Shown one piece after another: positions 12,797 through 25,202 of a stretch of 64,000 bases of DNA. Source of the stretch: Styela clava. Lineage: Eukaryota. The translations under genes were made by a program, and so were the position numbers. The notes under the pieces are model-generated. The model had not been told where the DNA came from. It made no database searches and saw only the letters and a list, made by a program, of their open reading frames with translations. Each line of letters starts with the position of its first letter. Within the stretch, counting starts at the first letter, position 1. The DNA is taken from positions 8,680,001 to 8,744,000 of the forward strand of contig NC_135261.1 of NCBI RefSeq assembly GCF_964204865.1. The letters run 5' to 3'.

Positions 12797-13506
12797 ATAA
12801 TTTTTGTGAAGATCATTTTTGTTTACACTGAGAATTAGCGGCAAAATACTGTAGCATTTGATAGCATAATCTCTGTCACTGTCACTCTGATTTTTGATGG
12901 TAAAATAAGAAATAAATTCTTGTCATTCCTGATGAAATTACTAATGTAACTCTAATATATTCCAAACAACTCCATCATATGATTAAACTGTATTGATATC
13001 ATAACCATAATCATTTGCTCAGGAATTTATATCGATTGGAGCCTAGAACGCATCAAAGCTTTTCTTGAAGCTTCACGCTTTACTGTCCAAAGACTACTTT
13101 CATTAAAACTTCTCAAAGTCATTATTGAAAATGATATAATTAGTCTGGATGAAGCAATTATTTCTATAGTTGTTCTTAAATGATGCATGGTGATTATAAA
13201 GTATGATGTGGTTTCAAATACTTGTGATTTAATAAGTTTATTTCAAATGTGTGTTTCAATGCAACCCAAAAATTTTTTTTTATCCAAGAATAAGCTTTTT
13301 AAATTTATACACCAATTCCAAGTTATTAGCCACTGTCCAAGCAACGCCTGTTACATTTCTTTTTTCATCAAAAGTTTCTGCAACTTGAAACAGTGCTGTA
13401 TATAACATTTTATTTCTGGTTAATATGTGGAGTAATATAAATCTGTATTATAATGTAGTTGGTGGTTGATTCAGGCTTTTATCTGCAATATCAATCATTT
13501 TCATCA

Positions 13507-16500
13507 TCATAAGTCTTCCATCAACTCTGGATGTACAACTGTTTTAGTAAAGTATAGTTGTACATGTATTCCCTTTTCCGTTAGTTTATTCCTCATTAGG
13601 TTGACTTGATAAATTGTAGGAGTTATGGCTGGAAACATTGCCCAGACAATCCATTCACCTGAGATATGTTAAGAATGCATATTAGGGGGATGAGATTTTG
13701 CAAATCATAACTGAAGTATATCTTTGAAGTAAATAGACTATAAAAGCTTAAAACAGGCAAGGAAATTCATCATTTACAACAGTATATCCTCTATAATTAG
13801 CTCTGTTTGTTCTAGCTTCTTTCAGATATGTTATTGTTCCAAAACAGTTGATGGTTCTCCAATTTGATGTTTGAATTATACATTGATTTTTAAAATAATT
13901 CATTTCAACAAGTGTTCACTAAAGAATACTTCAGTAAAGTCCATTATTCACTAGTCAGAATTGAAATGAAATATGAAAATATATCAATAATCAAGTGAAT
14001 TCAATATGTATGGAATCTATTTTATTTTCATTCACTGTAATTGTATTCGAACATTTTTCATATACAGGATTACCCCCAAAAAACGGAACTTATAAATTTT
14101 CTAGTAACTTTCATAAAAATGGAGTAATTCAATTGATTTTGTTTACACTTGAACCTCATGTTTGTGTATTCTGTTACCTGAAAATTTCTAGGACGTTCTG
14201 TACAAAAGTTATGTTCTCTCTAGAAAAACCCCTTAGGCATAGAAGATAGACTTGTAAATTGTCAATCCCCAACTCAGTTTTGTGCTAAATTTCACTTTTT
14301 CCTGTCTGCGTATGTCAATGGCAAAAATATTGATTGCCTGGGTACGACATCTCCGAAAAACGTTACACTCAATATAGTGTACAGCATGGAAAAATGGAAA
14401 GCCATTTCCAAACATTGTGTAGCTGGTTCATTGACTTGATGGCAAAAATGAAGTAGTGAATATTGAACATGTAGCGGTGCTGAGATAGTGCAGGGCATCA
14501 TTTGGGCAAAGTAGAGCGATTGATGGAGTTGATTATTGGTTTTAGCAAGACCCTCGGTTGCCCTCACCTCATCAAATCTTTGACTGTATAAGAAAGCGAT
14601 TTCAGAAAGGGTTGATCAGCAGGAAGTTTGGTGTCTGGGGAATATGATGGACAGTGTGTATCATAACATTCCCCAAACAATTGGTGGACTCAAAACTGCA
14701 ATTGCAACAAAAACTACAAAAATCCCCATAGCAGAGTGTGTGTGTAAGTGATTTGTCGACTTTGCGCAACATGTGCAAATATTCTAAATTGAACATAACT
14801 TTTGTGAAAGCGTCCTAAATTCCTGAAACTTCCAGGTACGATCATCCACAAACAGGAATTGAAGCATGAATAAAATCTAATGAATTTTTTCATTTCTGTT
14901 ATAGTTATTAACAAATTTACAGGTATGTGTTTTGTTTTTTGGGCACCCCGTACCAGTTTAATTTTAAGGTTTTATAACATAGACAATAATGTACCTGAAA
15001 GACTGCAGACTGCACGAATCAAATAGTTCTCTTCGTCACTTAGAACCAACATGTCATTATTGAATATGGCATCATCTGAATATAAAATATTCAATCTGTT
15101 GTTACTTAGAATAAGCAATTGAAATGTTCAATATCAACTTGATAATGGTTCTAAGTTCCTATAAATGCTGACAATTGCAATGCTAACTAACCTTCACACT
15201 CAATAGAAATATTACATTTTTGAGGCCTACTGACCTCCTATTTGGAGGCTTCACATAGCCACTGATCAGTTACAAATATTCAACATTTTAACTATCAGAC
15301 CTGATGAGATGCTGTGGACTGTGGTTCATTATATGATCAAGTCATTTCATTAGCATTTATTTTTTTTTGGATAGATATGCAAGTTCTCTGTCATTTTATT
15401 GAAAAAGGTTGGAAAAGGTTATTGAAAGGTTGGATCCACTTGAATGTGCCTTACCTACTTTTACTGCATCTTTATTCAAACTTCCATCTGCTAATAGGGC
15501 ATTTATAGACAGAGCCTCTGACTCTATACCAGAATGAGAATCAGCTTTTGGGTAAAGTGTTAAGTAACTTTTCTAAATGTTGATTATATGAAATTCATAC
15601 CTTGGCTCTTATTCGCTCCACAAACACCTGATCTTAGTTTGATACAATAAGCCTCCATTGTTTTGGGGGGAGAACTGAAAAATGAGATGTACCGTAAATG
15701 ATACAATAGAATATTATATTTAATTAACCAACATATTTGAGTAGATTCTGTAACTATGTATAATACAAATTTTCCCTGAAATAAGGCACATTCCCCAAAC
15801 ATAACATTCAGTTTCTCTGTTTATGTTCGTAACAGCGAGCAATAAGTCAACAATGATGATCAATTGAAACTTGTAGTACAGAATTTGTACAGCCGCTCCG
15901 ACGCTTGCTTCGTTCAGACAGATATTCAAGCATGGTGGTGAACATTCCCTCTTTTTCGCAGTTCAGCGTGTTATTTGTCAGTTTTCAGTTTGGTTTCAAA
16001 AATTAGTTGTGAATCAAATAACTTAATTGTATTTCGATGAGTTTCACTTTAGTTGCTATAATCAAAAATTAGTTCAGAAAATGGTGCCTTATTGCCATAA
16101 AAGCCTAAAAAAAATGTGGTTGAATATTTTTGCTTATTAAAATGCTGGTTCTGAACATATCAACCAGTTCATAAGCGCCAACTCTCCAAAGCGCTCACAA
16201 AATAAACATCAGAAATTTTGCAATAGCAAAGTACAGAAAAAAGTTTTTTGGGGTCAAGGGTTGGTCAAATATTCATAGACCTTGAAAACATCACTTTTTC
16301 AAACTTTAACTATGCAATAAACTAATATTCACTCACCTTTCGTAGAAACTTGTGATTAAAAATTTACTTCCAATCTTTGTTTTTGTGATATTCCAGATTT
16401 TTGAACCTATAACATCTGTTGTCGACAATGCGTATGTAGTCCTAGATACCAATCATTCGCAAACTGTCATTATGAAAATTAAATAAGATATATAAATCTT

Positions 16501-16934
16501 TTCAGTATTCACTTCAGTTTCCATCTATTATTGTGGGAAACTATACAAAAATTTAGCTTCACTAAAAAAATTGTAAAAATTTCATTTACCGTAACTAAAA
16601 CAGTGAATTTGACGAATTTCCTTCTGATTTTTATTTGAATTAAATTCTACATTATTCACTACTCTTCAAGATAAATGCAAGTTCTTCAATGTTTCGTTAT
16701 AAATGTAAACTCGTGAAAATAATATTTAAGAAAACTGAGAGAAGAGGCAAATGTTTTTTTTAATATCTGAAATACTTGAATTCAAGAAATTCATTGAAAG
16801 TAATTACCGGTACATACCTCATCCAAGTCGATGTCTTCATTGTTCTCTGGAATTATACATTCCTTTGCCTGGTTAATCTTGATGCTTATAACAAGCATCA
16901 AAAGTGATATACACATGTTTTTTAAGGTCTGCAT
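13507..16934 (-). pseudogene. Lipocalin-like copy D (class II), frameshifted in exon 2
   Basis: Exons 16934-16818 (MQTLKNMCISLLMLVISIKINQAKECIIPENNEDIDLDE), 16463-16337 (127 nt; about 7 nt missing after FANDWYLGLH, giving an early TAG), 15674-15601, 15523-15455, 15075-14995, 13658-13507 (GEWIVWAMFPAITPTIYQVNLMRNKLTEKGIHVQLYFTKTVVHPELMEDL*). Confidence 0.8.
14065..14950 (+). mobile_element. Decayed Tc1/mariner element with transposase C-terminal remnant, in intron 5 of copy D
   Basis: TA-flanked imperfect TIRs (caggattacccccaaaaaac / gttttttgggcaccccg). Frameshifted remnant GLISRK...WG.MMDSVYHNIPQTIGGLKTAI...IPIAECV at about 14610-14780. Confidence 0.72.
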
Positions 16935-18209
16935 TTTGTTTTAAAACTGCTTAATCTTAGTTTTATCTTATTTAAACTACAAAATTAGGTCTTTCATAAC
17001 CCTGAAAACTTTTAAGAGTTATCCAAAATTACATCAATTTATGACATTTCAGAATTATGTGATGAATAGCTGCAACGAAAAGTCTGTAGATGCTGTTGCA
17101 ATAATATTTCAATCGGAAGAGCGCAATTGACATCCTCACTTATCCAAGTCATAGTACATACAGTTCTTTACAAGCTTTGCATTCTGTACTTATATTTGTG
17201 CGCTTGATGATGCTATATATTCTAAACAAGGCAGTGTGAAATTAGGAATTCTTTTTGTTTATACTGTCTGGCTTTGTGGAACATGCATTGTTCCGTTAAA
17301 GAGGAGACAGAAAGGGATCAGTAGATTCACATTTCCATGAACATGTTCATTTAAATAAGAGCTTCACCCAATCTTTTTTTCTATACAAATATGTAAATTC
17401 TACCATATCCTAGTTTCTTCTGTTTTATCATTCTTCTCCCATTTTTCCGCCAGCCCTATTCAATTAACGGTCTGGACATCATAGGCACATCATTATAAAT
17501 CTCTTATAAACTGTTTATTCTGAATCAGTGGATTATCCTTATGTTGCATATTTATTTGAGACTACAAAAGGTAGTTTGATATTTGAATTGTGATCGTTAT
17601 TGGGATTATTGAATAGTTGTTTCAGTATCAATTTTTTTTGCGACGCTGTAGTGGCGGACCCTCAATATTGTTTGGATATAGCCTACTCACCTGACAATCG
17701 AAGTTGGGGAAAAACATATGACTAAAAGAATCTAAGCAATTAGGAGTTTGCCAATGTTTCTTATATCAGGACTGAGACACGGATTCGTGTGCACTTGAAT
17801 AGTAATAATTTTCAACCTAATTATAGTTTTATTTTGAAAGGGAATTTTTTATGCTACACCTTATCAACAAATATTGCAGACTTTACATGCTTCCGAAAGC
17901 AATGTCTTGCACCAACTGTATCATAAAATGACGTCATCACCTTTCTGTGTGTGCAGATGTACATGGGTAGAAATATACTGGGTGCAAATGTAAATGTAGG
18001 AAAATGTCATTATTTGATGTTTCTCTGAAATGATTTCATCTCACATCCACAATTTGTATTGATGAAGTAGATTGGCAAATATATATGGATAAAATGGACA
18101 TAACTTTGCTGATTATATGAGATAATTTAGTAGATACATGATGCATTAGGTAGTTGATGATGAATATATAATATTTTTAATAAGATCTGCAGTTTTCATA
18201 GAATTTTCC

Positions 18210-20269
18210 TCATTCAAAACCCATGAAATTCTCCGGATGTTTAACTGATTCTAAAAGATGAAGTTGTACATTGATTCCCTTTTCCATGAGTTTGTTCCAC
18301 ATCAAGGTGAGTTGGTTGATTGTTGGATTCATAGTTGGGAAAACTACCCTGACAACCCATTCATCTGAAATATATTTGGACAACTAATAAACAGTGTGAA
18401 GGAGATTTTCTGGCATGACTTTTATTGGGAAATACGCTAGTAATATTACTACAATAAATTCATAGAATATATCAATTTATCATACCTTGCCCTTCTCTTT
18501 TCCAAGCATTCCATTTTTCAGGGCATATACGGTATATTTATAACGAATAAGCCGAATAGATCACAGTAACAGTGGGCCGCCTTTATTTTGAGATTGATTC
18601 ATTCAAGTCATGTTTGTTTGTAAACAATCTCCTCATGGCAAGTTTTGACATTTGTGTGAAGCAGTGAAGGATAGTAACAATATATTGCAATTAGGTATAG
18701 TTGCAGTATTAGTATAGTATTTATATATACCTGAATTAATGCAGAATACATTTATTTGGTAATTCTTCTCATCACTTAATATCAAGACATCGCTGTTGAG
18801 CAGTGCATCATCTGAATATCAAAAAATGAAGATATAATATAGCATTCTAACTTGAAAAGGTCCAAAAATTTTACCGAATTTTATTGTATCTTCACTTGTT
18901 CTACCTTCCGGTGTTAAAGATTGTGAGGCGATCATAGCTGGTTCTGTTTGAAAATTCAAATAACTTTTATTATTCAGCAGGAATGTTATACATATTTTAC
19001 TCCAAGGATATTACTAAATATACCATCACTCTTTTCCAATCTGTAGATACCTGCTTTCTTCTTGTTATAGTGGACTGGAAAAGTTCGTGGAGGTGAACTA
19101 AAATATTAAGTTAGCATTATATCATGAATAGTTACAGTCAATTTATTAATATAAGACTGGATTGTCCAACCTTTTTGGCCAAATGGCCACATTCAGTTTA
19201 CGAATGATTGTGCTGGCCATTTGACATGGTTGTTATGTTCTAGTTTTCACTACACCGACTACAGATTAATGAATAAACAACCAAAACCTTCGCAAAAATT
19301 ATGAAAACAATGAAAATACGAAGATACTGGTAAATCAAAAGTTTTTGCCACATATAGATATTTTAATGTCAAGTATGACACTGCTTTTATCCAATAAGTT
19401 CGTCAATATTCGGTGCGATGGAAGATGTAGCAATGCGGGGGCAATGTAACAATCGGAAACCTTCGTCGGGCCACAGGTTGGACGACCCTGATATTGAGAC
19501 CTAATTTGACTGATTCAGAATTGTGTAAACTGTCTCTCATGTGAAAAATATCCTACCCCTTATGTAGTTCTGTGACCGTTTTGACCATTCCTGTGCTTGT
19601 TTTGGTGAAGTTCTGTAGTTTTGCACCAAATACACTTTTATCCATTACCGGGTCATCAGTGTGGAGAACCAGATACCAATCATCAGGAAACTGTCAATAG
19701 AGAAGTACATGAACATAACTGATCTCTTTATATTCTGTGATTGATGTATCTTCTGAAGATAGGGCGATAATTTCAATTCCAACAAAGAAAACAAATACTG
19801 ATTGATGCAATATATATATGCTTATGCTAATCACACAGATTTGTATAATACTAATGTTTTGTTGCAGAGAGATATATCATATTTTGAGGCACACTATATA
19901 TCCCCCTTTTTCTGCAAAAATATATTGTGCTTCTTATAAGCCAGTGTGCCGAATGTATGGTTCGGGTAGTACTTTATGCTATATTGTCTATACTCAAAAC
20001 CAGTACCAATTGTGTCTTATTATAGCATGTGTGAGCTTATGTATGGACGAAAACCCAAACTAAATAATTATTGTTTATTCACCTTAATAAGGTCTGTAAA
20101 ATATGGAAATGTATTTTTGGTCGGCATTTACAGGAAAGAATGTACTCACATTATTCCAGTCAATGTCTTCATCATCCTCTGGAATGTTACATTGTTTAGC
20201 CTGAATGAATTCAAAACTTCGAACAAACATCAATAGCAAAATATACCTGTTGTTTTCCATGATGAGCAT
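18210..20269 (-). CDS. Lipocalin-like secreted protein, copy E (class I, 210 aa)
   Basis: Exons 20269-20150, 19690-19557 (FPDDWYLVLHTDDPVMDKSVFGAKLQNFTKT...), 19097-19024, 18943-18875, 18811-18731, 18364-18210. Open frame, GT-AG. Confidence 0.9.
19157..19490. mobile_element. hAT-like MITE in intron 2 of copy E
   Basis: TIRs ctggattgtccaacct / aggttggacgaccctg and a degenerate atataaga TSD. Absent from the homologous intron of F, I and K. Confidence 0.72.
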
Positions 20270-21435
20270 CTTCTTAATCCTAGTCAAATATTTCAATGCT
20301 AGATGAATATGGAAATAATTGGTCAACTCGAATAGTTTAAAAATTTTTATGAAATGTATCCTGGTTCCATCATCATTATGCATCTATTTACTAATAGATT
20401 TTGAAAGTTACTGTATGCTGTTGACATTGCTACTAGTTTTCAGTGTGACAAAATTTTAGACACATCTTTCCTGGTTACTTGTTACATCGCAAAAGAACAT
20501 CAACCTGAATGAATCCCTGTCAAGTCTCTTCATTCTGACTTGAACTGTTTGTGGCATCTGAGAAGTCTTGCTTCTGACAGCACGATTTTATAGGCTTTGA
20601 TAAGAAATGTCTTGAAATAACTGTCGTACAAATGCATGACATCACTTAAAGTTTATAATATAAACAACTAATAAAAGCTCGCTATTAGGGGAGCGTGTCA
20701 TAGTGAACTTCCAAGACATTTCAATACCATTGCTCAATACAAGTTTTTATGTACATTTACCTAATTTTCACCTATTCTGTCAAATAATGGTAGTAATATT
20801 GGAAGCATTGAAATATTGAAAAATGGTCTGGCAATATTATCTTGCACAATAATGAAAATATAAAAAAATCATTATTGTTTATACTGTCAAAATATGTGAC
20901 AGAATCATTCAACACAGGGCCATGAAAATCATGAGCACAGTTTTAAAGTAATCAATATGTTTTAAAGTAATCAATCAATATTTGGGTTGCTGAAGTATCT
21001 TTAATACAGATCTTGTAGATTTTTTTTTTGCTTTTTTTTTTGCCCTTTGTTTTGAATCATTAAGTATAAATTTTTTCCTGTGCTTATCCTGACATTTTAT
21101 TAGTTTGAGAATGTGAAATTATGAATGTCTATTAACTTGTTAGTTTTACTTCAGATCAACTTACTTTTTTGTTTTATATATGAATTCGAATGCTGTGTGG
21201 TGGCTTGAATAATGTTTTAGAAAAAGTTGTCATCAACACTCGAAAAACAAAGGTTCAAAGAAGACCACCAATAAAATACTCCATGATCCAAAATATGACT
21301 CAACATTTACTGTGGTATAGACTCATGAATATTTTGCTGAATATATTTGTCGTAGTTTTTTTTTTCAAATTTACTCTAATTCAGATTTCATAAACCAATT
21401 TGTCGTTAAGACAATATAACCTGAACATTCTGTAC

Positions 21436-21502
21436 CTGAAAGGCTGCAGAATGTATGAATCAAATAGTTTTCTTCATCACTTAGAACCAACATGTCATTA
21501 AT
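21436..21502 (-). pseudogene. Orphan D-like exon-5 fragment
   Basis: NDMLVLSDEENYLIHTFCSLS followed by a GT donor. The first codons and the acceptor are missing. Confidence 0.72.
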
Positions 21503-21619
21503 ATTCATACCTATAAACTGTAACTCCAAGTAGACTAGCTTCGCTCCATCCATTTTGATAATAAATCTTTCATAAAAGATATTGGTCATAAATTTTCAGG
21601 ACAATATTAACAAGTCAGT

Positions 21620-22313
21620 GACTTTGTGTGCATGGACTTTGATGGTAAAGGGAAGAGTAGCCAGTGTAACAAAGTAACTAGTAGCAGGGCTATTAAGAAA
21701 TTACCTTCCACACTTACTTTATTTACACCGTTCCGGGGTTGAAAAGATGAATGTTGATGAAAGATTGTTATTGGGAAGTGGAAAGCAATCTGAAATGGAC
21801 CCAGTTTGTCTTTAAGCTATCTTGCCTCTCATTCAACACTGCTTGCTGTTCATCAACTCTAGATGCTCAACTTTTTCCATCACAAATGACTTATTTCACA
21901 ATGAGTTTAAATGTGAGTGGTGAAACTAAATCAATTGACTTAGATATCTCTGAAGATTTTGATAAATTTTGGCATGCTGGGATCTGTACAATTCGATCTT
22001 GGGGTATATCTGAACATTTTTTGCCATATATCTTTTTTCTCGGATTGCCAAATCAAAGTTGTTATTGGTGTTCAATCCTACCAAACATTATCAATTTTAT
22101 CTGGATGTCGTTCGGGATCAATCCTTGCATCCTACATTGCTCCTACATTGTTTTTAATATTCATCAAAGACATTCCATATAACCTCTTTCCAATTAATTC
22201 ATTGGACGACGATTTTTATTCTTGTTCTGATGTGAAGTCTGGTAAACATACTAAGTCTTGGAACTTGCTAAGTTTAACGTTTTGTCAAGTAGTCGGTATA
22301 TTAATCTTTATAA
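21620..22313 (+). mobile_element. Decayed LINE reverse-transcriptase fragment
   Basis: GETKSIDLDISEDFDKFWHAGI, then after a frameshift GSIL...PTLFLIFIKDIP...SLDDD, matching RT motifs D-x-S-x-AFD-x-V-x-H, GS-x-LGP-x-LF-x-x-x-INDL and FADD. Confidence 0.75.
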
Positions 22314-24125
22314 CAGCGTTTCCCAACCTTTTTTGGTCGCGGACTATTTTTTCACTGGCGAAAACCTTTGTGGACTCAAGGTGCCTTTACTGGAACCGTA
22401 CTCTGTGTGAAAAAGCATTACAACCAAACACAACAGAATTTTAACGAATTTCAGCATGGGTCTTTTCTGTTGCATAATATTCAGTTCATGACAACGACGA
22501 GAATTTAAAATGTATTTCTATTTTAATTTAATTGTGTTCATGGTAATCCGCGGTTGCGTCGAATTACGACAAGATGAAAGCAATAATTCTCTAAAATACC
22601 ATGGCAATTTGTGAACATAATAATGTGAAAATATATTGCCCGATTATCTTTAGTTTTGATACATATTTTCTTGCGATCTTGCGAATTTGTTATCGTCGTT
22701 AGAAAAATCCTATCTGCTATAAATTTTTAGAAAGTACAACTTCATTTAGTACTTATTAAAAATATATTTAACGTACATTTAGTAACTCAAAAATGCATAT
22801 TCATCGCCATGATTCATCATTAATTTTATTGTGATCATTTTAATCTGCGGTTGTGTTGACGAAATGAAAGCAATACTACTCAGAAAATATGATGACAATC
22901 CGTGAACACAAAAATGCGTGGTGAAGTGCCTGATTATATTTTGTTTTAATTCGTGAATTTATGTGAATTCGTCAAATCTGAGCAGTTCGAACAACACCTA
23001 CGGGCTACGACAGTACTGTACGTACCAATGTGGAGGCAGTAAAGCAAAGAATTCTAGGGGAAAATGCCCTGGTACGGTAGCATCCAAAATTTTGCGATAT
23101 GCAATGTCTAAAAAGCGTTTTTAACCCTTTCCGTGCGGTGGGCACGTATACGTACCAACGACAAAAGTCGCTAGATTGCGGCGGGTACGTTGATGTACTC
23201 CACTGTTTAATTTGGCAATCGGTCGCAAACTGTTGGTCTAGTTTTTCTGGGTATTAGTTTATTGATAAGAAGTTTTCTTCGAGATTAACATAAGCGTCGG
23301 TAAATCTCGCTTTCGTTTACGGCGGGAATTTTATTTGCGACGGAACGAGGGAGTGTTTTTGAAATTTATGCAAATTTCGGTGTTTTTTGGGTGGTAATAG
23401 AAAACATATTATCCCTTCCATCTACCAAAGTATTTTGAGTTAGATCACGAAATTGCTACAGCAATATTATGCTATTGTTTGCCAACCACGAAGCGGTAAC
23501 AGTAAAGGATTTAGCGAATATTTCTATTTTTTATCACGGTTTGAAGTTTCAACTCCCAAGAAAAAAAAATGCCTTTTTTCTATCCGGTTTGGGACTCAGA
23601 CCACCACTTTTTGAAAAACCTTTTTTTTAATCGCTAATTGCAAGCTCTTTAAATAAGCTTTCCAACGAGCCTTCAGTGGGCAGCAGAGGATCATTAGTTT
23701 TTCGTTAGTCGATCGATTAGTTGTGGGGGTACAAATGCATAAAATCGGCGTAGCATATACGATTATTTATTCCTCGTTGTTCGAACTCGCGAGAAACACC
23801 ACTTAGGTATCTATCGAAGCTTGTGCAGACTCTTGTCACTTGGGTATCTATCGAAGCTTGTGCAGACTCTTGTTTTCGTCGGAAATCCGCAAGTGAGTTG
23901 TGAAATCCAATCGACTGATTAAGCGCAAGTGACCTAACCCCTCATTTTTTACCAAATTTTCGAATATTAAATTGCTATTCTAATAGTTGAATATTCGAAT
24001 ATATGCTTGCTTTTTATGTAAATTCTAACGTAAATCGTAATGTAGCTGATAGTGAATTTCTGGCTCGTTGCCGACTCATTCAAACGCTCCGCGGACTCAT
24101 AATATAATGGGGTTGGAAAACACTG
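22314..24125. mobile_element. Non-autonomous hAT element (about 1.8 kb) containing a truncated piggyBac-like MITE
   Basis: TIRs cagcgtttcccaacc / ggttggaaaacactg and TSD ctttataa/cttcataa. Empty site near 37632 in the duplicated segment. A second copy lies inverted at 44406-45906. Confidence 0.85.
23125..23769. mobile_element. piggyBac-like MITE, one end deleted
   Basis: Begins ttaa-ccctttccgtgcg. Reverse-complement match to 52386-53057, lacking the far TIR. Confidence 0.8.
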
Positions 24126-25202
24126 CTTCATAATATCAATGTCAGTGGAAAGATGAACAATGAACGAACAGACGAACTTGGACGAATCCTAACAATTTAT
24201 TTTGCACAAATCACTGGGCTGGTGCTCGTTTGATAGTAATAAACCTGCTAGAAAGTATTCATAATGATAAAAGTATCAAAAATGTTGTGCTGCTAGGCTT
24301 ATTTATTATAGATATTGTCACAGATAATATAATGGGCTGTGTTCTTTTGAACTTTCAAAACTTGGCCCCAAAAGTTTTTAGCTGTCAAACATTATTAGCT
24401 ATGAGTTCTCTACTTCTCACCCATTGATTATTATCAATCTACTGTCAAAACCAAAATTTATTAAGTAATTTTTATGGAGAAGTTCTGAGTTATGTGAAGT
24501 CACTTCGTCATAGCTGTTTTCTGACTGTATTGTCATAAAGTATAGAAACTTTTTTCAGAGATTAATTCTCTTTGTTTTTGAGTGAGTGCGGGTGACTTCC
24601 ATTTGAGTGAATTTTAGCTAAAAAACTGTGGAGGTTAGGTTTAGATATACCACTCATCTGAAAATGTTAAGGAATTGCTAGTACTTGTATTTACGAACGA
24701 AGGGGTGTAAAAATGAGAATCAGCTAGACATACTTCTAGTATTGATTTAAGCTTTTGTGTTTAATGTATCATGATAATTTAAAGTCTTGCATCAGATTAG
24801 TTGATTAACAATAATTTATAAATTCTTCGGAAATCTTTGCACTTTAATAGCTATTTACAACACATTCCCATGAGCCAGGACTAGATTTTACTTACTATTT
24901 TATGACTTTATTCCTGTCCACTTTGATGAAATCATTAATCATGAAAAGAATGCGAGGCAATGTAGTTTTTTTATTTCAATTTTTACCATCAATAAATTAA
25001 TTGTTAATGAACAGTAGTTGATTTTTGAATTTACTGTGGATGATTGTCTGAAATGAATTTGTTTTACATAAACAATTTGTATTGATGAATTAACAGGCAA
25101 TTATATAGGGATAAAATTAACATAACATTGCTGATTATATAAGTTAATGTAGTAGATGAATACATGATACACATAATTATATCTGCAGTTTTTATAGGAT
25201 TT

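Noticed and set aside
12830-13400. Possible decayed coding fragment on the minus strand (..IISFSIMTLRSFNESSLWTVKREASRKALMRSRLQ.., loosely like a GPCR TM5-TM6 region)
   Set aside because: It has several stops and no diagnostic motif; it cannot be supported without BLASTX.
21751-22444. Functional reverse transcriptase or retroelement-driven diversification of the array
   Set aside because: The RT fragments are short, frameshifted and have a degenerate catalytic motif (SLDDD). They were copied passively with the segmental duplications.
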